DNA from: Bacteroidia bacterium
GTDB lineage: Bacteria > Bacteroidota > Bacteroidia > Flavobacteriales_D > Parvicellaceae
Direction of reading: 5' to 3'
Assembly (NCBI GenBank): GCA_046569885.1
Contig: JBKHVV010000001.1
Span: 1 to 56,847, forward strand
DNA length: 56,847 nt
Shown here: in pieces, positions 28,089 through 36,738 of the stretch
Numbering within the stretch: the stretch's first letter is position 1
Layout: the number at the start of each line of letters is the position of its first letter
Notes under the pieces: generated by a model
The model's database searches: none
The model's input: only the letters and a program-made list of their open reading frames with translations
Told to the model about the DNA's origin: nothing
Program-made: the position numbers and the translations under genes

Positions 28089-28595
28089 TCACTCCTTAGA
28101 ATACGATTTTATCACAAAATCCGCTTCGTGTTTTTTGTCTTTGTGGTGGTGTTGTTCAGAAACCATTTTCCATTGTGAGAAATCAATCTTTGGGAAAAAA
28201 GCATCGCCATCGTATGCTTTATCAATGTGCGTTAAGTACAATTTGGTAGCTAAATTTTTGCGCAAGGTTTCTGCATAAATTTGCGCACCACCAATAATGA
28301 ATACTTCTTCTTGCTGCGCTTTTTTAGCTTGCTCTAGTGCTTCTTCAATAGAGTTTACAACAATACAATTAGGCGCTTTAAAATCGCTTTGGCGTGTAAC
28401 AATCACATTGGTTCTATTAGGCAATGGGCGGTATTTTTCGGGAATAGAATCGTAGTTTTTTCTGCCCATTATCACCCAATGGTTTTGCGTAGTGGCTTTA
28501 AAAAATGCCATGTCCTTAGGGAAATGCCACATCAAATCGTTGTCTTTTCCGATGACGTTGTTTTTTGAAATAGCAGCTATAATAGAAATGTTCAT
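28089..28595 (-). CDS. folA: dihydrofolate reductase
   Basis: 168 aa. Motifs IAAISKNNVIGKDNDLMWHFPKDMAFFK and IIGGAQIY. Confidence 0.9.
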   Translation of the reverse strand: MNISIIAAISKNNVIGKDNDLMWHFPKDMAFFKATTQNHWVIMGRKNYDSIPEKYRPLPNRTNVIVTRQSDFKAPNCIVVNSIEEALEQAKKAQQEEVFIIGGAQIYAETLRKNLATKLYLTHIDKAYDGDAFFPKIDFSQWKMVSEQHHHKDKKHEADFVIKSYSKE

Positions 28596-28614
28596 TAGTT
28601 CACTGGTTCATTAG
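28590..28614. repeat. left arm of the 25-nt inverted repeat bracketing the four-helix-bundle ORF
   Basis: GTTCATTAGTTCACTGGTTCATTAG. This equals the reverse complement of 29009-29033 at 23/25 positions. It contains the 9-mer GTTCATTAG twice and covers the folA start codon (28593-28595). Confidence 0.9.
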
Positions 28615-28624
28615 GGTTTTTGGG

Positions 28625-28999
28625 TTATTCTTTTTTTGTTTTGCCAATGTATTTCATATAGGCATTTAGCTTTATGTGGGTTAATTCCAATTTTGAAAAT
28701 AAATTTTCATAAACATCCTGCGCAATTAGATTTCTATTTTTTGCTTTTAATAACCACGTTTTCGTTTCTAAAATAGAGCCCCGAGCATAAAAGCAAAACT
28801 GACGATTTTCTTTGTAAGAAAATCTTCCGTAACCTTCAGCAATATTTGCAGAGATAGAATCAGCAGAGCGCACAACCTGTTTGCCAATAGTATCTTTTTC
28901 AAAATGACTCCACACAGAAACTAAATTCCAAATCTCATCTGAAAGCTCATTCGCTAGAAGATAAACTTCTAAAGTATCTATGGTTTTTACATCCGTCAT
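28625..28999 (-). CDS. four-helix-bundle protein (23S rRNA intervening-sequence protein / Avd-like family)
   Basis: 124 aa. Family-typical LEVYLLANELSDEIWNLV...TIGKQVVRSADSISANIAEGYGR...FCFYARGSILETKTWL. Confidence 0.8.
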   Translation of the reverse strand: MTDVKTIDTLEVYLLANELSDEIWNLVSVWSHFEKDTIGKQVVRSADSISANIAEGYGRFSYKENRQFCFYARGSILETKTWLLKAKNRNLIAQDVYENLFSKLELTHIKLNAYMKYIGKTKKE

Positions 29000-29008
29000 T
29001 CCTATTTA

Positions 29009-29033
29009 CTAATGAACCAATCAACTAATGAAC
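29009..29033. repeat. right arm of the 25-nt inverted repeat
   Basis: CTAATGAACCAATCAACTAATGAAC. Its last base is the first base of the thyA stop codon complement (29033-29035). Confidence 0.9.
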
Positions 29034-29857
29034 TAAAGTGAAACTTCTGCTTTAATGTGTGGATGTGGGTCGTAGTTCAATAGCTCAAAGTCTTCGTATT
29101 TAAAATTGAAAATGCTTTTCACATTAGGATTTATTTTCATGGTTGGCAATGCTCTCGGTTCGCGTGCGAGCTGTTCTTTTGCTTGCTCAATGTGGTTGAG
29201 GTATAAATGCACATCACCAAAGGTGTGGATGAAATCACCGGGTTTTAAGTCGCACACTTGCGCTACCATCATCGTTAATAAAGCGTATGATGCGATGTTA
29301 AACGGCACACCTAAAAACGTGTCTGCACTGCGCTGATACAGCTGACAGCTTAGTTTTCCTTCTTGCACATAAAACTGAAAAAAGGCATGGCAAGGTGGTA
29401 AAGCTGCTTTTCCGTTGGCTACATTTTCTGCAAAACTTTTGCTTGTATCTGGCATTACGCTTGGGTTCCAAGCCGACACGATAATTCTTCTGCTATTCGG
29501 GTTGTGCTTAATATCGTGAATGGCTTGTGCAATTTGGTCGATGCCTTCGCTGTTCCAGTTGCGCCATTGGTGGCCATACACAGGACCTAAATCACCATTT
29601 TCATTTGCCCAACCATCCCAAATTTTTACGTTATGTTCTTTAAGATAATTGATGTTGGTATCGCCATTCAAAAACCACAACAACTCATGAATGATGGATT
29701 TTAAGTGCAATTTTTTGGTCGTAAGCATAGGAAATCCTTCCGATAAATCAAAACGCATTTGATAGCCAAAGCAGCTAATGGTGCCTGTTCCGGTGCGGTC
29801 GCCTTTGGTTACACCGTTGTCTAAAATGTGTTGTAATAAATCGTGGTATTGTTTCAT
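29033..29857 (-). CDS. thyA: thymidylate synthase
   Basis: 274 aa. Motifs DRTGTGT, active-site LPPCH and the C-terminal pattern. Confidence 0.95.
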   Translation of the reverse strand: MKQYHDLLQHILDNGVTKGDRTGTGTISCFGYQMRFDLSEGFPMLTTKKLHLKSIIHELLWFLNGDTNINYLKEHNVKIWDGWANENGDLGPVYGHQWRNWNSEGIDQIAQAIHDIKHNPNSRRIIVSAWNPSVMPDTSKSFAENVANGKAALPPCHAFFQFYVQEGKLSCQLYQRSADTFLGVPFNIASYALLTMMVAQVCDLKPGDFIHTFGDVHLYLNHIEQAKEQLAREPRALPTMKINPNVKSIFNFKYEDFELLNYDPHPHIKAEVSL

Positions 29858-29864
29858 GTTGAGC

Positions 29865-29896
29865 GTGCTAAAGTGTTAGCGTGTTAATGTGCTAAC
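29865..29896. repeat. four tandem degenerate 8-mers (GTGYTARN) in the thyA leader
   Basis: GTGCTAAA GTGTTAGC GTGTTAAT GTGCTAAC, lying between the -7 box at 29907-29914 and the thyA ATG. Confidence 0.7.
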
Positions 29897-29906
29897 GTTT
29901 CAAGTT

Positions 29907-29914
29907 CAAAGTTA
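29907..29914 (-). promoter_or_regulatory. candidate -7 box (TAACTTTG on the minus strand) for thyA
   Basis: Exact TAnnTTTG match 50 nt upstream of the thyA start. Confidence 0.4.
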
Positions 29915-29987
29915 AGGCTGATTGATGATTAGTGATGGATGATTTTTGAATATTTATTCACATATTATCGCACACAAAAGATTAAAT

Positions 29988-30767
29988 TTAATCGTGAATA
30001 CCTGCTTCAAACAAGAGTTTACTGAGGTTAAGGATGATAATTTTTTTTCCATCAAATTCGATAAGTTTTTCTCTGTTTAATATCGCCAACGTTCTTATTA
30101 CGGTTTCGGTTGTTGTTCCTGCAATATCAGCAATTTCAGATCGTGTCAGAGCAGCGCTAATGGTGGTTGTGCCCTCGTCATAATCAAAAGTGTTTTTAAG
30201 CAAAACCAACGTTTCGCAAATGCGCTCTCTGACGGTTTTTTGGGCAACGTCAATAAGGTGCTGTTCGGCATTTTTTAAATCTCTAGTTAAAAGCTGAATG
30301 GCATCCCACGCAAGGCTAAAGTTTTTACGTAATAATTCCATAAAGTGCTCTTTAGAAAGTAAGCAAACGCAACATTCTTCCATTGCCACTGCGGTGGCGT
30401 GGTAGGGATCGTTACTCAACAATGCTCGATATCCTAAAACCTCTCCTTCTTTTGCAAATCTAATAATTTGATTTTTTCCGTTTTCTCCAAGCTTTGATAG
30501 TTTTACTTTGCCCCTGTAAATGCAAAAAAGCCCATTAGCATGATTGCCTTCATAAAAAATGACTTGTCCTTTTTTATAAAAATTACTTTTCTTGCTTTTG
30601 CCAATATATGCTTTTTCATTTTTTGTTAAAGAACAAAATAAATTACTAGTGTTTGTGCAGTGTTCACAAGGCGGAATATCATAACACAATCTTTTAATTT
30701 GCATACATTTTATTCTTGGTTGTTCAGATTCTGTTAAATGATGGAAAAAACAACTGTATTCATACAA
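29988..30767 (-). CDS. Crp/Fnr family transcriptional regulator with N-terminal Cys cluster (FNR-like)
   Basis: cNMP-binding-like barrel (YKKGQVIFYEG...LFCIYRGKVKL) and a C-terminal HTH (RSEIADIAGTTTETVIRTL). N-terminal CYDIPPCEHCTNTSNLFC. The likely true start is ATG 30704 (MQIKRLC...). Confidence 0.8.
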   Translation of the reverse strand: MYEYSCFFHHLTESEQPRIKCMQIKRLCYDIPPCEHCTNTSNLFCSLTKNEKAYIGKSKKSNFYKKGQVIFYEGNHANGLFCIYRGKVKLSKLGENGKNQIIRFAKEGEVLGYRALLSNDPYHATAVAMEECCVCLLSKEHFMELLRKNFSLAWDAIQLLTRDLKNAEQHLIDVAQKTVRERICETLVLLKNTFDYDEGTTTISAALTRSEIADIAGTTTETVIRTLAILNREKLIEFDGKKIIILNLSKLLFEAGIHD

Positions 30768-30887
30768 GTGAATGTCATCTTAAACCTCATTTTTAATTTT
30801 TATTGGGGCATGTGCGTATATTTACGGTGCCAATTTATTTATAATTATAACATGATTCCTCTTCAATTATAACTATCAATGCCTAAT

Positions 30888-30901
30888 ATGACGAACATCA
30901 T
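30888..30901. promoter_or_regulatory. FNR/CRP-type box ATGAC-GAAC-ATCAT in the fnr-like/moeA divergent region
   Basis: One mismatch to the TGAT-N4-ATCA core. It lies 47 nt upstream of the moeA ATG. Confidence 0.35.
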
Positions 30902-30947
30902 AAAATTTTAGGGCATTTAACAATTTATTAGCATCAAATATCATAAA

Positions 30948-32123
30948 ATGATTAGCGTAAATAAAGCAATAGAATACATAAAGAAAAACACAATCTGCTT
31001 ACCGCCAATTACGATAGAGCTTAAAAATGCTGTTGGGTATATTCTTTCAGAAGATGTCGTATCGGAAATTAATTTTCCTCCTTTTCGTCAATCGGCTATG
31101 GATGGTTATGCAGTAGGTAGCACAAACCACCAGTCGTTTAAAGTCATAAATGAAATTAAAGCGGGCGATAACGGAAAAAGTATTCACCTAAAAAACGATG
31201 AAGCTGTACGAATTTTTACAGGTGCGTGTGTTCCTGATTCTGCCGAGGCGGTTGTTATGCAAGAAATGGTTCACCGCAATAAAGACGCTATTTTGATAGA
31301 ACAACCCATCGAAAGTTTGCAAAACATTCGCTCTATAGGTGAGCAGGTAAAAGCAGGTGACGTTGCTCTAAAAAAAGGCACAGAACTAAATCCAGGAGCA
31401 ATTGGCTATTTAGCTTCATTAGGTATTACGCGAGTAAACGTTTACCGAAAACCAAAAGTAGAAATGATAGTAACCGGAAATGAATTGGCACAACCCGGAA
31501 CACCGCTTCAGATGGGGCAAATTTACGAGTCTAATTCCTTAGCTATAAAAAGTTTGCTGCATCAATGTGGGTTTGAGATGACCACACAAATAGTGAAAGA
31601 TGATTTAGAATCAACAAAAAAATCCATTAGTCGGTCTTTAGCCAATAATGATTTGGTGATACTTTCAGGTGGTATTTCGGTTGGCGATTATGATTTTGTT
31701 TCGAGTGCGCTTAAAGAACTTAATGTAACGACCGTATTTTATAAAATACAGCAAAAGCCAGGCAAACCGATTTTATTTGGAAAAAAAAACCATAAATTGG
31801 TGTTTGCTCTTCCTGGAAATCCTGCGGCTACATTGACGTGTGCCTATATGTATCTTTTGCCAGTGCTCAATATGTTACAAGGCAAACCAAATCCATTTTT
31901 AGAAAAACAAACTGTTAAATTATCATCAACATATATCAAAAAGAAAGGACTTGCACACCTTCTAAAAGGCAGAATAAACAATGGTTACGCAGAAGTTTTA
32001 CCAAATCAAAGTTCTGCTATGCTTAGTTCTTTTGCGAGTGCTAATGCTTTGTTAATTATTGAGGCGGATACGGAGCACCTTTCAGAAGGTGAATTCGTAG
32101 AGGCGATTATGCTTCAGCGATAA
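30948..32123 (+). CDS. moeA: molybdopterin molybdenumtransferase
   Basis: 391 aa MoeA pattern (FRQSAMDGYAV, SGGISVGDYDF, LPGNPAA). Confidence 0.9.
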   Translation: MISVNKAIEYIKKNTICLPPITIELKNAVGYILSEDVVSEINFPPFRQSAMDGYAVGSTNHQSFKVINEIKAGDNGKSIHLKNDEAVRIFTGACVPDSAEAVVMQEMVHRNKDAILIEQPIESLQNIRSIGEQVKAGDVALKKGTELNPGAIGYLASLGITRVNVYRKPKVEMIVTGNELAQPGTPLQMGQIYESNSLAIKSLLHQCGFEMTTQIVKDDLESTKKSISRSLANNDLVILSGGISVGDYDFVSSALKELNVTTVFYKIQQKPGKPILFGKKNHKLVFALPGNPAATLTCAYMYLLPVLNMLQGKPNPFLEKQTVKLSSTYIKKKGLAHLLKGRINNGYAEVLPNQSSAMLSSFASANALLIIEADTEHLSEGEFVEAIMLQR

Positions 32124-32158
32124 AACAAACGAAATTTAGTAACTGTTAAACCCTTTTT

Positions 32159-32172
32159 CTGATAAACATCAT
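32159..32172. promoter_or_regulatory. FNR/CRP-type box CTGAT-AAAC-ATCAT
   Basis: Perfect TGAT-N4-ATCA core. Its centre lies 29.5 nt upstream of the -7 box at 32195. Confidence 0.5.
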
Positions 32173-32194
32173 ATTATTTAACCAATTACTAAAA

Positions 32195-32202
32195 TAGATT
32201 TG
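32195..32202 (+). promoter_or_regulatory. candidate -7 box (TAGATTTG) for the Moco operon
   Basis: Exact TAnnTTTG match 32 nt upstream of the TTG start at 32234. Confidence 0.4.
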
Positions 32203-32233
32203 TACCGTTATTTACTTTAAAATATAACGAACA

Positions 32234-32578
32234 TTGTCTAAACTACAGTATTTTATAAAAAACCGCATTTGGATTTGTACTCAAGAAGGTACTTTTTTAG
32301 GTGAAGGAAGAATAAAACTTCTCAAAGAAATTGACACATGTGGTTCAATAAGTATGGCAGCAAAAAAAATGAACATGTCTTATAAAAAAGCGTGGAGTTT
32401 AATAAATTCCATCAACGCTCAAAGCAAATCTCCACTGGTAGAAAGAACAACTGGTGGTAAAGGCGGAGGTGGTACTATTGTAACTAATGCAGGTAAAAAA
32501 GCCATAAAAATCTTTGAACAAATCAATCTAAACTCAAAAAAAGAATTGGATAAAGAACTTGATAACATTTCGTTTTAA
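32234..32578 (+). CDS. ModE N-terminal-domain-like winged-HTH regulator (no Mop/TOBE domain)
   Basis: 114 aa. GSISMAAKKMNMSYKKAWSLINSIN resembles the ModE HTH. It has an apparent TTG start. Confidence 0.6.
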   Translation: MSKLQYFIKNRIWICTQEGTFLGEGRIKLLKEIDTCGSISMAAKKMNMSYKKAWSLINSINAQSKSPLVERTTGGKGGGGTIVTNAGKKAIKIFEQINLNSKKELDKELDNISF

Positions 32579-33133
32579 TTGAAAATAACTGGAATCATAT
32601 TAGCTGGTGGTAAAAGCTCAAGAATGGGTACCGACAAAGGGCTTGCTCAGTATAACAACATACCCATGATTGCTCATGTAATAAAAGCATTAAAGCCCAT
32701 AACCGATGATGTAATTATTGTTACTAGTAATGACCAGTACAATACATTTGGCTACCCGGTAATTGCAGATTTAATAAAGGATAGCGGTCCTTTGGCAGGA
32801 CTTTACACAGGCTTGTTTCACTCGAAAAACGAACTAAATGTGTGCCTAAGTTGTGATATACCGCTAATTTCAACCGAAATAATTTTACGCTTAACAGAAA
32901 CGATTAAAAAAAAAGATGCTGCCATAGCATTACACAGTAATAAAATACATCCGTTAATTGGTGTTTACAAGAAACACAATTATGCCAACGCAAAAAAACA
33001 AATTGAACAAGGCAACCTTCGATTGAAAGATTTTTTAAACATCATTAACACACATTTGGAAGATGTTTCCGACTTTAATAAATCAATGTTTAACAACATC
33101 AACACCTTAAAAGAATTAAACGAAACAATATGA
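32579..33133 (+). CDS. mobA: molybdenum cofactor guanylyltransferase
   Basis: 184 aa. Motif ILAGGKSSRMGTDKG. TTG start directly after the preceding stop. Confidence 0.8.
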   Translation: MKITGIILAGGKSSRMGTDKGLAQYNNIPMIAHVIKALKPITDDVIIVTSNDQYNTFGYPVIADLIKDSGPLAGLYTGLFHSKNELNVCLSCDIPLISTEIILRLTETIKKKDAAIALHSNKIHPLIGVYKKHNYANAKKQIEQGNLRLKDFLNIINTHLEDVSDFNKSMFNNINTLKELNETI

Positions 33134-33372
33134 AAGGGCATGTAAAATACTTTGGTATGGTTGCTGAGAAAACCAAGTGTTCTAAAGAAGATATTGTATT
33201 TGAAAAATCTGAAACACCAATAAATCTTCGTGCATTTTTCGAAAATAAATATCCATTTTTGTTAGAGCTAAATTACAAAATTGCCATAAATCAATTATTT
33301 TCAGATACCATTGTTTATTCAGAAAATGCACGTGTTGAGATTGCTCTTTTGCCACCATTTGCTGGAGGATAA
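33130..33372 (+). CDS. moaD: molybdopterin synthase sulfur-carrier subunit
   Basis: 80 aa with a ubiquitin-like fold and C-terminal GG (PPFAGG). ATGA overlap with mobA. Confidence 0.8.
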   Translation: MKGHVKYFGMVAEKTKCSKEDIVFEKSETPINLRAFFENKYPFLLELNYKIAINQLFSDTIVYSENARVEIALLPPFAGG

Positions 33373-33375
33373 AAA

Positions 33376-34467
33376 ATGCTTAGTGAATCCGAAATAAAAC
33401 AATATAGTAGACATCTGCTTTTAAACGAAGTGGGTGAACAAGGGCAGTTAAATCTTAAAAAAGCTTCCGTTATAATAGTTGGAGCAGGCGGCTTGGGCTG
33501 TCCAGTACTTCAATATCTTGTGGCAGCAGGCGTTGGTAAAATAGGCATTGTGGATAATGACGTGGTGGATATTTCTAATCTTCAGCGACAGGTTTTGTAC
33601 TCACACCAATCTATTGGTAAAAACAAAGCACTTGAAAGCAAAAAGATTCTTAAGCAACTCAATCCGTTTATCGAAATAAATGCCCTTGATGTATGTATTA
33701 ATGCCTACAATGCCACAAGTCTTCTGTCTGATTACGACATGGTGGTGGACTGCACAGATAATTTTTCTGCCAGATATATTATAAATGATGCTTGCGTGTT
33801 GCTGAACAAACCTTTGGTGTATGGTGCCATCTACAAATTTGAAGGACAGGTAAGTGTTTTTAACTACAACAACGGCCCAACTTATAGATGCTTGTACCCT
33901 GAATTGCCTACTAAAGCAACTATACCTAACTGCTCCGAAATTGGCGTTTTGGGGGTTTTACCCGGAATTATAGGAACACTTCAAGCAAACGAAGTATTGA
34001 AAATAATTCTTAAACTTGGAAATCCACTCATTGGAAAATTATTTGTTTATGACGCTTTGAATAATAGCACACATCTAATAACTATTGAAAAACAAGAACA
34101 TCCTATTTATCAAAAAATAAAGCAAACTCAATCGCTCTTCCAAGAAGATTATACCTCTGAATCTTGCTCTGTAAAAGAGGAAGATGAAATTTCTTTATCC
34201 GAGCTAAAAGAATTGCTCACAAAAGAACACGTTGACTTGGTAGATGTGAGAGAATTGTGGGAAGAACCAAAAATTAAAAATTATCCTGTTATTAGCGCAC
34301 CGCTAAACGAGTTAAGCACGTACATCAACAACATTCCAAAAGATAAAAAAGTTATCGTATTTTGCCAAAAAGGCATACGAAGCAAAGCTGCCATTGATAA
34401 ATTAAAAAATGAATTTAAGTTTACAAACTTGATAAATTTGAAAGATGGAATTGAACATTGGAAATAA
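33376..34467 (+). CDS. moeB: MoeB/ThiF-type adenylyltransferase with C-terminal rhodanese domain
   Basis: 363 aa. Motifs GAGGLGC and YSRHLLL. Rhodanese loop FCQKGIRS. Confidence 0.85.
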   Translation: MLSESEIKQYSRHLLLNEVGEQGQLNLKKASVIIVGAGGLGCPVLQYLVAAGVGKIGIVDNDVVDISNLQRQVLYSHQSIGKNKALESKKILKQLNPFIEINALDVCINAYNATSLLSDYDMVVDCTDNFSARYIINDACVLLNKPLVYGAIYKFEGQVSVFNYNNGPTYRCLYPELPTKATIPNCSEIGVLGVLPGIIGTLQANEVLKIILKLGNPLIGKLFVYDALNNSTHLITIEKQEHPIYQKIKQTQSLFQEDYTSESCSVKEEDEISLSELKELLTKEHVDLVDVRELWEEPKIKNYPVISAPLNELSTYINNIPKDKKVIVFCQKGIRSKAAIDKLKNEFKFTNLINLKDGIEHWK

Positions 34468-34474
34468 CCACACG

Positions 34475-34918
34475 ATGAGTGAAAAAAAAATAAAGAACGT
34501 TTTTACAGAAGGAGCCATCAGCCCCGAAAAAATTGCCAACTCTATTGCGCATCATCAAGTTAAAACCAACATTGGTGCACACAATATTTTTTTAGGTCAA
34601 GTGCGTGCTGATTTAATTGACGAAAAAAAAGTAGTTGCCATAGACTATTCTTGCTACGAAGACATGGCTAATAAAGTAATGGACGAAATTAGAGAAGAAG
34701 CCTTTGGTAAATTCGACCTTACCTGCGCTCACATATATCACAGCAAAGGAATTGTAAAAGCTGGAGAAATTTGCTTGTTTGTATTCACTTCTTCAAAACA
34801 TCGAGCAATGGCTTTTGATGCGTGTAGATATATTACCGAAGAAATAAAAGCAAGAGTTCCTATCTTTGGAAAAGAATTGTTTGAAGACGAAACACATGTT
34901 TGGAAAGAAAACAAATAG
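34475..34918 (+). CDS. moaE: molybdopterin synthase catalytic subunit
   Basis: MoaE pattern (GAHNIFLGQVR...YEDMA). I prefer ATG 34475 over the track start 34445, which overlaps moeB. Confidence 0.8.
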   Translation: MSEKKIKNVFTEGAISPEKIANSIAHHQVKTNIGAHNIFLGQVRADLIDEKKVVAIDYSCYEDMANKVMDEIREEAFGKFDLTCAHIYHSKGIVKAGEICLFVFTSSKHRAMAFDACRYITEEIKARVPIFGKELFEDETHVWKENK

Positions 34919-34921
34919 GAA

Positions 34922-35833
34922 ATGGTAGACATTACAGCAAAATCAAATACACTAAGAATTGCAACCGCACAAGCCATTGTAAAAGTTAGCAAGCAAGAAA
35001 CCATTGATGCTATAAAAAATAACACCGTTCCGAAAGGCAATGTATTTGCTATGAGCAAAGCAGTTGGCTTGTTGGGCGTTAAACACACACCACTTATTTT
35101 AGCCGATTGCCACCCAATTCCTATTGAATATACAGGCGTTGACTACGAAATAAATGGCTTAGAAATTACTATCAAAGTTACCATCAAAACAATTTACAAA
35201 ACAGGTGTTGAAGTAGAAGCCATGCATGGCGCAAGTGTAGTGGCATTAAACATGTACGATATGCTAAAACCTATAGACAAAGGCATAGAGATACATCAAA
35301 TAAAACTTCTTGAAAAATCGGGAGGTAAATCAGATTTTAGCGATAAGTTTCGTACTGACTTAAAAGCCGCTGTTGTTGTTTGTTCAGATACTATTTCAAA
35401 AGGTCAAAAAGAAGATAAAGCAGGTAAAGCCATTATTAAAAAACTTGAAGCATCTAAAGTAAGTGTGATTGAATATATTGTCATTCCTGATGAAGTTAAA
35501 GATATACAAAATGCTGTAATAAAGCACTCCGAACAAGAAACAGACTTGCTTATTTTTACAGGTGGCACGGGCTTATCTAAAAGAGATGTTACGCCCGAAG
35601 CCATCATCCCTTTGTTAGACAGAGAAATTCCCGGCATAGCCGAAACGGCTCGAAACTATGGGCAAAATCGCACACCATACTCCATGCTTTCAAGAAGCGT
35701 AGCGGGAGTTAAAAATAAAACGTTGGTGTTGGCGCTGCCCGGCTCTACCAAAGGAGCGCAAGAATCTATGGATGCTTTGTTTCCTTTTTTATTGCATATT
35801 TTTAGAATTTTTAAAGGCGCGCGTCACGACTGA
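34922..35833 (+). CDS. moaC: bifunctional MoaC / MoaB(Mog-like) protein
   Basis: 303 aa. The N-terminal half is MoaC (MVDITAK...EVEAMHGASVVALNMYDM). The C-terminal half is MoaB/Mog (GGTGLSKRDVTPEA). Confidence 0.85.
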   Translation: MVDITAKSNTLRIATAQAIVKVSKQETIDAIKNNTVPKGNVFAMSKAVGLLGVKHTPLILADCHPIPIEYTGVDYEINGLEITIKVTIKTIYKTGVEVEAMHGASVVALNMYDMLKPIDKGIEIHQIKLLEKSGGKSDFSDKFRTDLKAAVVVCSDTISKGQKEDKAGKAIIKKLEASKVSVIEYIVIPDEVKDIQNAVIKHSEQETDLLIFTGGTGLSKRDVTPEAIIPLLDREIPGIAETARNYGQNRTPYSMLSRSVAGVKNKTLVLALPGSTKGAQESMDALFPFLLHIFRIFKGARHD

Positions 35834-36228
35834 TGTATCAATACAACAGCATTCATAAAATAATTGCCGCAGTAGCTATTGTGCTTTGGGCTATTTTTCA
35901 TTTTTCTGGTAAAAAAGACAATGATATTTATTACGACAATGGACAAATAACCAGAACTGGTGAGGTTGTAAATAGTCTTAACGAAGGTGTGTGGACGTGG
36001 TTTCATAAAAACGGCAACTTACAAATTCAAGGAGAATTTAAACAAGGAAAACGGGTTGGAAAATGGAAACGCTACGATGAAAAAAGTCGCTTGGTTACCG
36101 AATGGAACTATGAAAATGGGAAACTAAATGGTGAATTTATAGAGTTTGATACTCTTGGAAATATTTCTGAAAAACACTTTTATCAAGACGACCTACTCGT
36201 TTCAAGAAAACAATCATCGCAAAACTAA
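35833..36228 (+). CDS. MORN-repeat-variant (YwqK-like) protein
   Basis: 131 aa with an N-terminal TM and repeated G-x-W-x-x-(F/Y)-x-x-(N/D)-G units. Its ATG shares one base with the moaC/B TGA. Confidence 0.6.
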   Translation: MYQYNSIHKIIAAVAIVLWAIFHFSGKKDNDIYYDNGQITRTGEVVNSLNEGVWTWFHKNGNLQIQGEFKQGKRVGKWKRYDEKSRLVTEWNYENGKLNGEFIEFDTLGNISEKHFYQDDLLVSRKQSSQN

Positions 36229-36236
36229 TTCGTTCG

Positions 36237-36692
36237 CTAAATTGGCAACTCAAATTTAGTATTCCATCGCTCTTTATTGTCTATCTTTTCAAGAATAATT
36301 TTCATAAAACGATTATCGCCTTCTTTAACGATAGACCTATCTACCACTACACTTTTTTCACCACTATCAGAAGTCAACTCATCTTGTGTGCGTGGCAAAA
36401 AAGGATATAAAATCGTCAGTCGTTCATCTTCCGTTTTAATCAATTCTGAAGCTGTCTCAAAAATTATTTCTTCAAATTTTTCTCCTACGGATTCGTCATT
36501 CAACTCATCTTTTGCTTCTGGCTTTAGCCCATTTACCCATTGGTAAAATCTTTCTGTTGCAAGCACTTTAAGTTCTATTCGGATATAGTTAGGAAAAGGA
36601 GAACGTATATGCTCATTATCCGAAAACCAAAAATCAAACGTAGATTCCACCAATTCGCTACTTTCTACACTATGTCTATCTAACTCTTTCAT
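36237..36692 (-). CDS. hypothetical acidic protein
   Basis: 151 aa ORF with no recognisable motifs. It is convergent with the MORN gene, with 8 nt between the stops. Confidence 0.4.
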   Translation of the reverse strand: MKELDRHSVESSELVESTFDFWFSDNEHIRSPFPNYIRIELKVLATERFYQWVNGLKPEAKDELNDESVGEKFEEIIFETASELIKTEDERLTILYPFLPRTQDELTSDSGEKSVVVDRSIVKEGDNRFMKIILEKIDNKERWNTKFELPI

Positions 36693-36738
36693 GTTTTTTT
36701 ATTTGAGCAAATTTACGCAAAGCTTTTGAGTTGCTAAA

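Noticed and set aside
34482-34490. A9 homopolymer in the first codons of moaE (and a similar A9 in moeA at 31781-31789) as possible frameshift switches
   Set aside because: Both encode Lys-rich stretches in frame. Poly-A runs of this length are common in low-GC coding DNA, and there is no alternative downstream frame of interest.
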